A stretch of 64,000 bases of DNA from positions 1-64,000 of the IMG/VR virus record IMGVR_UViG_2806310948_000001; one strand, 5' to 3'. The DNA comes from a virus. Taxonomy: Duplodnaviria; Caudoviricetes. Below are positions 17,501-27,260 of the stretch, piece by piece. A program made the position numbers and the translations under genes. The notes under the pieces were generated by a model that was given only the letters and a program-made list of their open reading frames with translations, did not search any database and was not told the DNA's origin. The first letter of the stretch is position 1, and each line of letters begins with the position of its first letter.

Positions 17501-19663
17501 ATGGAAAAGAGAAAATTAGCACAGATTCCAAGAGAAGAAGCCACAGACGAAATGGTCAGGTTTGCTGAAAGAGCTGCGGGCACGCATATTGTTACAACCA
17601 GAGATATAGAAAAAGACCTTTTAATGGTGACATTCTATCCCATTGGCAAATTGAAGAAAGGAGAAAAGGGAGCTCAGTTAAGAACATTTTTCTCCAAGAA
17701 TGATTACATATCACAGGATCTGACTGCCGAAAGAGTGAAATGGCTGACTGCAGCTTTTGATCGGATGGAATGTATTCACCTGTATGAATATCACTGGGAT
17801 AGAGATAAGGGGAACAGATATACCCCGAACATGTTTTTCTGGACGGATGCAGACATTGATCGTATGCGTGGATTTTTCAAAGAATGGAGTACAGAAAAAG
17901 ATGTTAAAGACTGGACAGCTGTGACACGTTTTCAGGACGTGGTCAAACAGCGGCGACTGGATGAAAAACATGCCAAGGAGACAAATCCTATTGACACAGT
18001 CATGGGAACAGTCAAGGAAATTCCGGAAGACTTCAAGAAATGGGTATCGGAAAAAGCGATGTCATTCAGCAGATATCTGGTTTACTCAACAAGATCAAAG
18101 AATGAGGCTCTGGTGCATTGCACTCATTGTAATGGGGAGACACTGGTAGACAGAACGAAAATTCGGTTAAGAAATAACGAGAAGGGGATATGCCCCCTTT
18201 GTGGAAGCCAGGTCACTATCAAGGCCAGGGGACGGATGCCGGCACATATATGGGACAAAAGGATAGTTTCATTCATTGAACCAAGAGAAGAGGGGTTTCT
18301 GTGGCGATATTTCTCGGTCCATAGAGAGGTGAAACAGGATGGAAAAACGAATGACAGTCTGCTTGAAATCGTAAGGACGTTTTACAAATTTGCACCGAAC
18401 GGAACGCCATGCACCAGCAGTTATGAATACAGAGAGTATAAACAGACTGGTATTGTGCGGTGGTGTACAGATGAAGGGTACAGAGAAAGGTCATACTGTG
18501 CCTTATATCCGGGAAACCTGCCGGAAGCATGGAAAGATACTCCAATGAAATATTCAGCACTGGAGATTTTGTCAGAGAATAGACCGAGCGAACAGATACA
18601 TTATGCCAATGCTATTTACAGATATCAGGAGTTTCCACAGCTTGAATGGTTTATAAAAATGGGTCTGTATAAACTGGCCGCGCATCTGATCAATAAGATT
18701 CATGACGGGGCATTTGAATATAATAGCCGGAATGGAATCAGGGGACTCAGAAAAAACGGAAAAACAATATTTGAAATACTCGGGCTCACGAAGGAGAACA
18801 CACGAATTCTGCAGTCTATTGATGGGAACATTGATGAATTGAGGCTATTGCAGGAAGCGCAAAGCTCCGGATACAACCTGAAAGCGGAAGAATTGGAACG
18901 GTTCTATAAACTTTTTGGATGCAATACAACGCTGATACGGAAAGAAAACAGACATTCAACGATTCATAAGATCTGCAGATATATCGAGCGCGAAGGTTCC
19001 GATTATCGAGTAGGAGAGCGTGGAGGGTGTTGGAGATATTCTTATATGCAGTACAAAGAAAGACCGGATATCAGGGAAGAACGTTTGCAGAATTGTGCCA
19101 AGGACTGGTTGGATTATCTGGCTTGGTGTAAAGAACTGAAATATGACCTCACCAATATGTTCTTCTATTTCCCGAAGAATTTCAAAAAAGTTCATGACAG
19201 GATAGCTGCGGAATATCAGGCAGTACAAGATAAAAAGGCCGCAGAAAAGAAACGTCGGGAAGAAGAACGGATAAAGCGAGAGGCTGAGGTCATGAAAAAA
19301 CTTCTGGAGGAAATGCTCAAAGAGAATGCCGGCATAGATAACGCTTTCCTGATAAAAGGAAAAGGATTGATATTGAGAGTGCCAAGAGATGCACAGGAAA
19401 TCAAGAATGAAGGAGCTGCCCTTCACCATTGTGTTGGAACTTACGTTGATCGAGTGGCCAAAGGGCAGACACACATCTTCTTTGTGCGCAGAGTGGAAGA
19501 ACCTGATACACCATATTTCACAATGGAATATAACAAAGGTCGAGTGATCCAGTGCAGGGGCAGTCACAACTGCGAGATGCCGTCATCAGTAAAAACTTTT
19601 GTAGCTGCATTCGAGAAACTGATGAAAGAACGAGAAGAAAAGATAGAAAGGAAGTGCGGGTAA
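17501..19663 (+). CDS. PcfJ domain-containing protein
   Basis: C-terminal EGAALHHCVGTY...FFVRR...PYFTME...IQCRG; Zn ribbon CTHC...CPLC. Confidence 0.88.
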   Translation: MEKRKLAQIPREEATDEMVRFAERAAGTHIVTTRDIEKDLLMVTFYPIGKLKKGEKGAQLRTFFSKNDYISQDLTAERVKWLTAAFDRMECIHLYEYHWDRDKGNRYTPNMFFWTDADIDRMRGFFKEWSTEKDVKDWTAVTRFQDVVKQRRLDEKHAKETNPIDTVMGTVKEIPEDFKKWVSEKAMSFSRYLVYSTRSKNEALVHCTHCNGETLVDRTKIRLRNNEKGICPLCGSQVTIKARGRMPAHIWDKRIVSFIEPREEGFLWRYFSVHREVKQDGKTNDSLLEIVRTFYKFAPNGTPCTSSYEYREYKQTGIVRWCTDEGYRERSYCALYPGNLPEAWKDTPMKYSALEILSENRPSEQIHYANAIYRYQEFPQLEWFIKMGLYKLAAHLINKIHDGAFEYNSRNGIRGLRKNGKTIFEILGLTKENTRILQSIDGNIDELRLLQEAQSSGYNLKAEELERFYKLFGCNTTLIRKENRHSTIHKICRYIEREGSDYRVGERGGCWRYSYMQYKERPDIREERLQNCAKDWLDYLAWCKELKYDLTNMFFYFPKNFKKVHDRIAAEYQAVQDKKAAEKKRREEERIKREAEVMKKLLEEMLKENAGIDNAFLIKGKGLILRVPRDAQEIKNEGAALHHCVGTYVDRVAKGQTHIFFVRRVEEPDTPYFTMEYNKGRVIQCRGSHNCEMPSSVKTFVAAFEKLMKEREEKIERKCG

Positions 19664-19857
19664 TGGCTAAGCAGATCATAAGGAGCATTCGTAAAGGCTC
19701 GGTACAGTGGAATGAAGAAGACAGACTGCAGATGGTTTCAATGCTGGCGAAAGCAGGATATGCGGTTCAGATCGTAAGAAAAGAGATTCCAAGCAGTGAA
19801 ACTAGAAAGACAACGCAGTATGAATATGTGATCGAATATGGAGAGAGGGTGGAGTAA
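19663..19857 (+). CDS. Hypothetical phage protein
   Basis: Translationally coupled small ORF. Confidence 0.6.
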   Translation: MAKQIIRSIRKGSVQWNEEDRLQMVSMLAKAGYAVQIVRKEIPSSETRKTTQYEYVIEYGERVE

Positions 19858-20081
19858 TGATCGCTATGAAACCTGTATCAAAAACAGGAATTGTTATTCG
19901 ATACAATTTCGTGAAGTTGGAACATGAATACCATTATTGCCCGGTTTGCGGTGGTGCGTTGAATGCTGGACCAGATTACTACCCTGATTTTTGTGAGAAG
20001 TGCGGACAGGCACTTGATTTTTCCGGAACAGAATGGAAAGAAGATAGACAGATCGGGTTCGTAGAGCCAGAAGCCGTGTAA
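19857..20081 (+). CDS. Zn-ribbon hypothetical protein
   Basis: CPVCG...FCEKCGQALD. Confidence 0.7.
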   Translation: MIAMKPVSKTGIVIRYNFVKLEHEYHYCPVCGGALNAGPDYYPDFCEKCGQALDFSGTEWKEDRQIGFVEPEAV

Positions 20082-20094
20082 GAAAGGAGATAGA

Positions 20095-20367
20095 ATGACT
20101 AAGAAAAGTTGTAGAAGAACAATGGATGAAAATAAAATCCACGAGAAAGCAGTAAAAATGAGAAAAAAGACAGATGAACAGCTGGTTCATTATGTGGAAG
20201 ACAGAGTGGAGAAAGCCAGAAGTGAAGGATTCAACGAAGGCAAGGCTTTAGCTAAAAATACAGCAAAGGAGTTTATTGTATTGCTTCAGCAGAATAAGAT
20301 TCCGGGAATCGGAGCAGTAACGATCAATAAACTGGTGAAAGTGGCAGGTGAGCATGGATACTTATAA
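20095..20367 (+). CDS. Hypothetical phage protein
   Basis: AAGGAG RBS, operon context. Confidence 0.65.
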   Translation: MTKKSCRRTMDENKIHEKAVKMRKKTDEQLVHYVEDRVEKARSEGFNEGKALAKNTAKEFIVLLQQNKIPGIGAVTINKLVKVAGEHGYL

Positions 20368-20905
20368 TCGTTCAATCAGAGGGCTTAAAAGCAGATCAAA
20401 CGGCGAATATTTTGAAAGAATGATTATTGCAGCTTCCCGGTTCTATGAGGACCGGGGGATAGCTGTTATAGATAAAACCCCTGAAGCTTTTAAAGTGATC
20501 AAGCCGTATAACAGAGACAGAGGCCAGTTCATATGTTGTTTTACACAACAGGCTCAACCGGATTTTAAAGGTGCCCTGATGGACTCTACAATGGTTCTGT
20601 TTGATGCGAAACATACAGATAAAGGCCAGATCAGTCGGAATGTTGTGACAGAAGAGCAGGAGGAATGCTTTGAACGTTACATGAAGATGGGGGCCATGTG
20701 CTTCTTGGTAATATCCCTCGAATTCGAGGAGTTTTACAGAGTTCCATGGATCGTATTCAGAGACATGAAAAAAATCTACGGACATAAGTATATGAATCGT
20801 GAGGAACTGGCGCCTTATAGAGTTAAATATAACAACGGAGTTGTGAAATATCTGGACGGGATAACACTCCGGGAAAGGAACGAAGATGAAAGTACAGAAG
20901 TATGA
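20354..20905 (+). CDS. recU: RecU-family Holliday junction resolvase
   Basis: GEYFE, KTPE, PDFKG...LFDAKHT motifs. Confidence 0.85.
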   Translation: MDTYNRSIRGLKSRSNGEYFERMIIAASRFYEDRGIAVIDKTPEAFKVIKPYNRDRGQFICCFTQQAQPDFKGALMDSTMVLFDAKHTDKGQISRNVVTEEQEECFERYMKMGAMCFLVISLEFEEFYRVPWIVFRDMKKIYGHKYMNREELAPYRVKYNNGVVKYLDGITLRERNEDESTEV

Positions 20906-21950
20906 GATTTCCAGAACTATTGATAAATTGAAAAGCATTGTGCAGAAGAACGACCAGTTTCCAGCATTAGGAGGCGTTCTGGTAAAAGACGGGTATTTAA
21001 CCGCATCAAATACAGAAATGACCATGCAGCTCAAATTAGAGGCCTCTAAAGGCAGTTATTTCATCATTCCTATGAAAGCCTTTGATGTAATTAAAAATCT
21101 TCCGGACGGAGAAGTAGATATTGATACAGAGGGCGAAAACATTGTCGTGATCAAGACAAAGGCAATAAAAAATAAATATCAGAGTTATCCCCCGGAAGAT
21201 TTCAGCTTTGATATTACGGAAAATCCGGATGCTTCGGGAGTTGTAATCAATGGCAAAAGTTTGATGGAGGCAATCGGCCATGTTATTTATGCAGCTGCAG
21301 ACAGTAGCTCCTCAACACAAATGATGGGAGTGTATTTTGAAGGCGGAGAGAACAAGATTAAGCTGGTAGCACTTGACGGACATGTCGTAGCAGTTGATTC
21401 GATACCGACTGACGGTACCGCAGATATGAAGCTGATAGTGCCTAAAACAGTGGCAAAGAAGCTTGTGTCAATGGGAATTATTGATGATGTTGCTGTTACA
21501 TATACAAAAAATAGAGCGGTATTCAAATCAAAAGAATATACCATTTACACGAGGTTAATAGAGGGTAAGTATTTTGATTACAATAGATTTTTCATGGCGG
21601 GAAAGATGAAAACTTATGTTTCCAGACTGGAATTAGTTGCGGCAATGACCAGAGCAAAGATGTGTACGGAAGAAAAGAAACCTGCAGTCTTCGAAATGAA
21701 CGAAGATCAGTTAAATATTCGCATTGCCGACAGACTTACGGATTATCAGGAAGAGATGAAGCTTCAGGATCCGCTTCCTGAACCATTGAAAATTGGCTTC
21801 GATTCGAAGCTGGTTCTTGAAACACTGAAAGCATTCACTTGTGAAAATATAGCTATGAATTTTTCAGGGCCTAAGATGCCGGCAGTTGTTGAAGCGGAAG
21901 ACAGTGACATGAAAGCTATCGTGCTTCCAGTAATGATAAGAGAGGAATAA
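20886..21950 (+). CDS. dnaN: Phage-encoded DNA polymerase III beta sliding clamp homolog
   Basis: 354 aa; LVALDGH, RLIEGKYFDY, IGFDSKLVLE, C-terminal IVLPV. Confidence 0.88.
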   Translation: MKVQKYEISRTIDKLKSIVQKNDQFPALGGVLVKDGYLTASNTEMTMQLKLEASKGSYFIIPMKAFDVIKNLPDGEVDIDTEGENIVVIKTKAIKNKYQSYPPEDFSFDITENPDASGVVINGKSLMEAIGHVIYAAADSSSSTQMMGVYFEGGENKIKLVALDGHVVAVDSIPTDGTADMKLIVPKTVAKKLVSMGIIDDVAVTYTKNRAVFKSKEYTIYTRLIEGKYFDYNRFFMAGKMKTYVSRLELVAAMTRAKMCTEEKKPAVFEMNEDQLNIRIADRLTDYQEEMKLQDPLPEPLKIGFDSKLVLETLKAFTCENIAMNFSGPKMPAVVEAEDSDMKAIVLPVMIREE

Positions 21951-21955
21951 AAACT

Positions 21956-22159
21956 ATGATTGAGATCTTGGATATGAAAGATGTAAAAGATGCAACACCA
22001 GAAGAACTGGAAGAGCTTCGTCGGAAAGGATTCCTTCCGAAAGCCAGATCCAAAAGAATTTCTGGGAAACCACTTACTCCATATGAAAGAACCAGAGCAC
22101 AGGTGGCTGCTACCGGGAATAGATGGGCAATGGAGAACTTCTACGCCACACACAGCTGA
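21956..22159 (+). CDS. Hypothetical phage protein
   Basis: Operon context. Confidence 0.6.
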   Translation: MIEILDMKDVKDATPEELEELRRKGFLPKARSKRISGKPLTPYERTRAQVAATGNRWAMENFYATHS

Positions 22160-22172
22160 AAGGTGATGCATT

Positions 22173-22424
22173 ATGGCGAATTTATATAATTTGTGCAGAA
22201 AGGACGGGACAGTGATGGAATACTCCATCACTGCATCCGACATAGCAAAGCGAATTGGATGCGATCGACAGGATATCTATTCTTCGGCAAGCTATGGGCT
22301 CCTGATCAAGAAAGAGTATTATGTAGAAATTACAGACCGTCCGTTGAGCTGGAAGAAAGATATTGATCTGCTGACAGAATATGATAATGTTCGGAAAAAG
22401 TTTCTTAGGAGGTGCGGAAAGTGA
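22173..22424 (+). CDS. Hypothetical phage protein
   Basis: Operon context. Confidence 0.6.
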   Translation: MANLYNLCRKDGTVMEYSITASDIAKRIGCDRQDIYSSASYGLLIKKEYYVEITDRPLSWKKDIDLLTEYDNVRKKFLRRCGK

Positions 22425-22645
22425 AAATATATAAAGCAGTGCATGAGAGAGAAAACAAGTGCAAGGAACTTCACAAGGAGATGAATCTGAATGTGGGGCC
22501 GACTCGTTTGGTTCAACCGGATTTCTATTTACTGGTTGATGTTGATGATATCCAGAGACAGATGAATGCTTTGGAAAATGAGGTTCACCGTATAAAAAGA
22601 GCAGAAGTGAGAAGGAGATGGCGTTATGGAAGAAAAAAATATTAA
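22412..22645 (+). CDS. Hypothetical phage protein
   Basis: Operon context; start uncertain. Confidence 0.5.
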   Translation: MRKVKIYKAVHERENKCKELHKEMNLNVGPTRLVQPDFYLLVDVDDIQRQMNALENEVHRIKRAEVRRRWRYGRKKY

Positions 22646-23072
22646 GATAACAATTAATGTTGAATGCTCGGAAAAATCTAGTGTAAAAAAAGAACAGATT
22701 GCTGGATATCTGCTGAGAGCTATTGCGGGAGTAACTGCAAACAATAAATGCCTTATTACAAATTATGTATGTGAAATAAATGAGAAAAATGATGATAAGT
22801 TACAGGAGAAATATATTACAGGAAAACCTAAACTTACAAAAGACGAAAAGAGTTTCCTTGACGGACTGGATCCTTCGTGGAGTTACATGCTGAGAAATGG
22901 AAAAGGGCAACTATATCTTGCCAGAAAAGTTGAGTCTATGTACGGAAGTAACTTCAAATATTTGTATTTAGAGGGCATAACAAATGCAAAGTTTGATTTT
23001 GTTGAAGCAGAAGGCGAAAGTTGGTTTATTGACGATTTGAGAAAATTGGAGGTAAAAGATGAGGCTGATTGA
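22626..23072 (+). CDS. Hypothetical phage protein
   Basis: Operon context, AGGAG RBS. Confidence 0.6.
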   Translation: MEEKNIKITINVECSEKSSVKKEQIAGYLLRAIAGVTANNKCLITNYVCEINEKNDDKLQEKYITGKPKLTKDEKSFLDGLDPSWSYMLRNGKGQLYLARKVESMYGSNFKYLYLEGITNAKFDFVEAEGESWFIDDLRKLEVKDEAD

Positions 23073-23364
23073 TGCAGATAAATTGATATTACATTTAAAC
23101 GATTATGCCCTGCAAGAATCTCCAAGCGATGTAGAGTCTGCTGGGGACAGAAAAGTTTCAAGGGCAGTATATAAAGCAATAACGGATTGTATTAGAGCTG
23201 TGGACGAGCAGCCGACAGCTTTTGATTTGGACAAGGTTGTGGAGCAGTTGAAAACAAAAAAGACAAGAACTGCTGCATTACAGAAAGCATCGGAGTATTT
23301 CGAGGGTGAAACTGATGCGTTTGAAGTTGCAATCAAAATCGTGAAAGGCGGTGGAGTTGAATGA
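23059..23364 (+). CDS. Hypothetical phage protein (MRLIDAD family)
   Basis: MRLIDADKL...QPTAFDLDKVVEQL pattern, common in Firmicute phage early regions. Confidence 0.7.
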   Translation: MRLIDADKLILHLNDYALQESPSDVESAGDRKVSRAVYKAITDCIRAVDEQPTAFDLDKVVEQLKTKKTRTAALQKASEYFEGETDAFEVAIKIVKGGGVE

Positions 23365-23645
23365 AATATCCGGAAGAAATGTATATTGATAGTCAGATAT
23401 TTGCAGGTGATATGGATGGTTCGGAATCAAATCTGACAGAAAAAGTCGTAAAAATAAGGAATTCTCGTTTATGCTGCGTATGTGAAAAACAGGTACCTAA
23501 AGGCGAAAGAATGTTGAATCAAAAAGCAATAGTAGAAGGACAAGGTTGGCGCAGTTGCTATATCTGCTTACCATGTGTTGAAAATTGGTTAGAAGAATCA
23601 GGACAAGTAGAGGATGGTGGAGTTAATGAGAGAAATTCTTTTTAA
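23361..23645 (+). CDS. Zn-binding hypothetical protein
   Basis: CCVC...YICLPC. Confidence 0.6.
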   Translation: MKYPEEMYIDSQIFAGDMDGSESNLTEKVVKIRNSRLCCVCEKQVPKGERMLNQKAIVEGQGWRSCYICLPCVENWLEESGQVEDGGVNERNSF

Positions 23646-24108
23646 GGGAAAGAAAAAAGATAACGGTGAATGGATAGAGGGATACCTGATGGATGGTGGA
23701 ATGCCGGGAGAAAAGCGAATATTCATAGGGAAATTGGTAATAGGCAAATGGACCGTTATGGCGGATGAATTTGACGAAGTTGATCCGGATACAATATGCG
23801 AGTACACAGGATTAACAGATAAGAACGGCAAGAAAATCTGGGAGAATGATATTTTGATGTGTCATGGAAATTCAGAAGACCTTGTAAAAACGGTATTTGG
23901 AGAATTTGGTGTAAGAAATATTGAAACCGGGTCCATAGTAGATAAAGTTGTCGGATGGCATTATGAGATTATTCCGACAGACACAATCAGCAGATGTGAA
24001 CCATTCTGCTATTCAATGCCACTGACCAAAGATTATATCGACAGGTGCGAAATGGAAGTAGTTGGAAGCATTTTTGACAATCCAGAATTAGTGCAAGGAA
24101 GCTTATGA
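23626..24108 (+). CDS. YopX-family protein
   Basis: MREILFKGK, CEYTGLTDKNGKKIWENDIL, EVVGSIFDNPEL. Confidence 0.88.
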   Translation: MREILFKGKKKDNGEWIEGYLMDGGMPGEKRIFIGKLVIGKWTVMADEFDEVDPDTICEYTGLTDKNGKKIWENDILMCHGNSEDLVKTVFGEFGVRNIETGSIVDKVVGWHYEIIPTDTISRCEPFCYSMPLTKDYIDRCEMEVVGSIFDNPELVQGSL

Positions 24109-24350
24109 GCCGAGATGATTATGCTTTTCACTGCGCAGGATGCCGTTGTAATCATTGTGCAAACAATGTGGAAACAGGAGATAACTGTGCAGGGGAAGCG
24201 ATAAAAGCCTGCTTCGTCTGTGACGAATGTAATTGGTATGATGGGAACTTTAAAAATAGAGATATGACATGTAGGCAGTGCGAAGATTATATTGTAACAA
24301 ATCAACATGCTGAGCATTTAAGAAAAAGGATAAAGGTGATAAAAAGATGA
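24105..24350 (+). CDS. Cys-rich hypothetical protein
   Basis: CAGCRCNHC...CFVCDEC...CRQC. Confidence 0.6.
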   Translation: MSRDDYAFHCAGCRCNHCANNVETGDNCAGEAIKACFVCDECNWYDGNFKNRDMTCRQCEDYIVTNQHAEHLRKRIKVIKR

Positions 24351-24682
24351 AAAAACAGTGGAATTATGTTGAAAAAGACGGAAACCCGAAAAAGGCAGGG
24401 CTGTACTGGGTGACGCTTATTTATCCAGAGAGAAAAGATGGTAAAAAGACAGGAAAATTTATGGCTGAGGTTGATACCAGATATTTCGCAGATTTGGACA
24501 AAGAGCCAGATTTAAGAGGCTTGACCATGGACGGAGAACCAGATAGCGGTTTCGCATGGACAGAAGAATGCGGAAGTATTTCAGGAGAAAGAGTGCATGC
24601 TTGGATGCCTATGGAAGATATTAGAATTGCTGAGTTGCCGGAGGGAGTTGAAAACCGAAATTTTGAATCTATGGAGGTATAA
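24347..24682 (+). CDS. DUF551-like hypothetical protein
   Basis: W...PKKAGLYWVT...VHAWMP pattern. Confidence 0.55.
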   Translation: MKKQWNYVEKDGNPKKAGLYWVTLIYPERKDGKKTGKFMAEVDTRYFADLDKEPDLRGLTMDGEPDSGFAWTEECGSISGERVHAWMPMEDIRIAELPEGVENRNFESMEV

Positions 24683-24684
24683 GC

Positions 24685-25236
24685 GTGACAAGAGCAGAAA
24701 CAACCAAGTTCCTTGGACAGTTGCTTATAAGTACCCGGTTTAACGGCGCTGGGAAGCACTGGGCCAGCGAGGTAAGTATTGATCCGTGGGGAAGAGACGC
24801 GAAAAGAGTTGATTACATGCAGTTTTCACCAGCTGACCAGTGCTCTATATCCGGGATAGAAAAAGGCATATTTACATGTTATGAGGTAAAAAGCTGCAAA
24901 GAGGATGTTTATAGTGGGAACGGTCTCAACTTCCTGGGTGAGAAAAACTATATTGTAACCACTATGGAGTGTTACAAGGATATTTTACCGGACTTTCGGA
25001 GTGGGAAACTTGCTAAGCATATGCGTGATCAGTTTCCGGAATCCTCCAATTATTTTGGAGTGATGGTTGCAATACCATACTGGGCAGAAATTACAGATGA
25101 ATTCGAGAATCCTACACCGATAGATGGAAACACAGAGAGGAGTTGGAAGCTGGCGGCTATTTTATCATGCAGGCAGGGACCAAGAAAGAGATCTATGTCG
25201 GAATTATTATTTTGTATGTTGCGGAGCGGTCATTAA
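24685..25236 (+). CDS. Putative PD-(D/E)XK-fold protein
   Basis: E...RVDYM...YEVKSCKEDVYSG motif spacing. Confidence 0.5.
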   Translation: MTRAETTKFLGQLLISTRFNGAGKHWASEVSIDPWGRDAKRVDYMQFSPADQCSISGIEKGIFTCYEVKSCKEDVYSGNGLNFLGEKNYIVTTMECYKDILPDFRSGKLAKHMRDQFPESSNYFGVMVAIPYWAEITDEFENPTPIDGNTERSWKLAAILSCRQGPRKRSMSELLFCMLRSGH

Positions 25237-25248
25237 GGAGGATGAAAA

Positions 25249-25563
25249 ATGAAAAAATTTAAAGAAAAACGCATGGCAAGTTATGTGTTCAGAAGCAATG
25301 AACTGATTCAGGAAGGCAAAACAAAAGAAGCTGCAGAGCTAATTGGAAAAGGCTTAGGTTATTATAGTTCAAACATTATTCATGCCATTACGCCTTATGC
25401 AACCGCGGATGCAGGACTTATATCTACTGTTTTATGTCATTTAGCATCAGAAATCGAAGAAAAGAATTCTGGGGCAAAAGAAATGCGAGAATGGGCAGAA
25501 ACTCATGTCGAAAAGCCGGAACTCAAAGAGATAAAGAGAATTAAGAAACCTAATTGTAAATAA
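25249..25563 (+). CDS. Hypothetical phage protein
   Basis: AAGGAGG RBS. Confidence 0.6.
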   Translation: MKKFKEKRMASYVFRSNELIQEGKTKEAAELIGKGLGYYSSNIIHAITPYATADAGLISTVLCHLASEIEEKNSGAKEMREWAETHVEKPELKEIKRIKKPNCK

Positions 25564-25638
25564 GAAAAATATTCGATTGGAGTGAAAAGATGTTTGATAT
25601 CGAAAAGGCAAGAGAAAAAAAGGAGAGGAGTAAAATAA

Positions 25639-25992
25639 ATGAAGGAAGTTATATTTTACTTATGTGGAATCTTTAGCTGTATGATCGTATGGTTTTTATG
25701 GGCTGTTATAGCTTCTAAAAAGGCCAAGGAAGCTCCTTTGAAGGAGTATGCAAGGATTCATACTGATATCGAAAAAGCTATCAGAGAGAATGAAGAACAG
25801 ATTGTGATAGCTAAAAAATATCAGGTGGTTGAAGATCAGGTGATTGACCAGATGATTCTTCAATGGAAGATAGAGTACCTGCAGAGCCAGAGAGCATGGC
25901 TGTTTACATTACTTGGCGGAAAGATGGAGGATTCGTATGTACAGCAAATGTCAGAAATGCGGAAGGAAACTGACGGATCCGGAAAGCATTGA
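25639..25992 (+). CDS. Hypothetical protein with N-terminal transmembrane helix
   Basis: Hydrophobic N-terminus, RBS. Confidence 0.6.
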   Translation: MKEVIFYLCGIFSCMIVWFLWAVIASKKAKEAPLKEYARIHTDIEKAIRENEEQIVIAKKYQVVEDQVIDQMILQWKIEYLQSQRAWLFTLLGGKMEDSYVQQMSEMRKETDGSGKH

Positions 25993-26137
25993 GAGAGGAT
26001 ATGGACCAGAATGCTGGGGAAGTATCTTGCCTCATTATTCTATTGAACAGGAGGAACCGGAAGAATCTATTCCAGGCCAAATGACTATAGAAGATTTCTT
26101 GGGAGGTTTAAAAAATGGAGAAAAGGATATGTCCTGA
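25937..26137 (+). CDS. DUF6011-like Zn-ribbon protein
   Basis: CQKCGRKLTDPESIERGYGPECW. Confidence 0.75.
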   Translation: MYSKCQKCGRKLTDPESIERGYGPECWGSILPHYSIEQEEPEESIPGQMTIEDFLGGLKNGEKDMS

Positions 26138-26324
26138 ATGTGGGAAAGAGTATAGTTCTCACCCGGCATTATCAAGAAAAGATAACAAAACAATGATATG
26201 TCCTAAATGCGGGATGATGGAAGCACTTGATGCAGTGCGAGATTTCTACGCTCCGGGAATGACAGATCAGCAATGGAAGCAATATAAAGAGGGGTACATG
26301 CTTAAATACATAAAGGAGAATTGA
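26115..26324 (+). CDS. Zn-ribbon hypothetical protein
   Basis: CPECG...ALSRKDNKTMICPKC. Confidence 0.65.
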   Translation: MEKRICPECGKEYSSHPALSRKDNKTMICPKCGMMEALDAVRDFYAPGMTDQQWKQYKEGYMLKYIKEN

Positions 26325-26325
26325 T

Positions 26326-26556
26326 ATGGATAAAAGTTTATATAATGCAAGCGGATGTAAGGATAGAACAGCACATGATGCGATCTGTGCAGCGGATAGA
26401 ACCCGAACATTAGTGTACAGGGCAAGCAGGACAAAAAAGGATGAGGAAGCAGAACTGTTTGTGAAGATGGTAAAAAGACTTGCAAAAGGATTTGGGTTCA
26501 AACTCTGTGACAGAATCAAATTCGAGGATCCTGAGACTGGAAAGAAATATGTGTGA
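26326..26556 (+). CDS. Hypothetical phage protein
   Basis: NASGCKDRTAHDAI pattern. Confidence 0.6.
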   Translation: MDKSLYNASGCKDRTAHDAICAADRTRTLVYRASRTKKDEEAELFVKMVKRLAKGFGFKLCDRIKFEDPETGKKYV

Positions 26557-27137
26557 GGTATGGCATGGATACAGAGAAAAAAGTACAATTCGTAGCACTG
26601 ACAAAAGAGGAAATTGATGCAATGATTCAGCAGGCTGCTCTTGCCGGAGCACAGGTTGCGTCTGATGCAATGATGGTAGGGCAGAGAAAAAGCGAGAAGG
26701 AGAAGATTGATCGTCGTTTGCATAACACTGATTTGCTCCTTAGAAATTACAGAACTTTAAAGGCGAGCTACGAAAATGCCGTCTACAAGTCCAAGGAAGG
26801 GGAGGTTACAGAGGTACTGGAAGACATCATGACCATGAAAGATGATAAGGTCATAGTAGAGAGCATCAAAACTTCGGCCAAAAGAACCGCTATCATGGTA
26901 CAGCATATTGACAAAATGCTTGATGTATACCGTATCTATTGTAGCAAATTATCGGAAAAAGATAAGAGACGCTATAAGATTATTAAAGCCCTTTACATAT
27001 CAAAGACGCCAATGACAATTGCAGAAATTTCAAAAAAATTTTCGGTCAGCAAGGTCACTGTATATGAAGATATCAAAATTGCGAAAGAGCGTTTATCTTC
27101 GCTGTTTTTCGGGATTGACGGACTGAGATTTTTTTGA
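26553..27137 (+). CDS. Late transcription regulator (ArpU/RinA-like position, C-terminal HTH)
   Basis: MTIAEISKKFSVSKVTVYEDIK HTH; last early gene before the late promoter. Confidence 0.75.
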   Translation: MRYGMDTEKKVQFVALTKEEIDAMIQQAALAGAQVASDAMMVGQRKSEKEKIDRRLHNTDLLLRNYRTLKASYENAVYKSKEGEVTEVLEDIMTMKDDKVIVESIKTSAKRTAIMVQHIDKMLDVYRIYCSKLSEKDKRRYKIIKALYISKTPMTIAEISKKFSVSKVTVYEDIKIAKERLSSLFFGIDGLRFF

Positions 27138-27171
27138 AAAATAGAAAATATCGAAAAGCGTTAACTTAACA

Positions 27172-27200
27172 TTGACTTAATAACGAAAATGGTGTATGAT
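27172..27200 (+). promoter_or_regulatory. Candidate late promoter
   Basis: TTGACT, 17 bp, TATGAT; TTAAC-type repeats overlapping the -35. Confidence 0.6.
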
Positions 27201-27229
27201 AATCGGGTAAAATTTTATCATGAGCCATG

Positions 27230-27260
27230 AGCCATCAGAGTGAAATCTGGTGGCTTTTTT
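27230..27260 (+). terminator. Intrinsic terminator just downstream of the late promoter
   Basis: AGCCATCAGA-GTGAAA-TCTGGTGGCT plus T run. Confidence 0.75.

Noticed and set aside
25564-25638. Short ORF-like remnant MFDIEKAREK between early genes
   Set aside because: Too short and unsupported; possibly a deletion scar.
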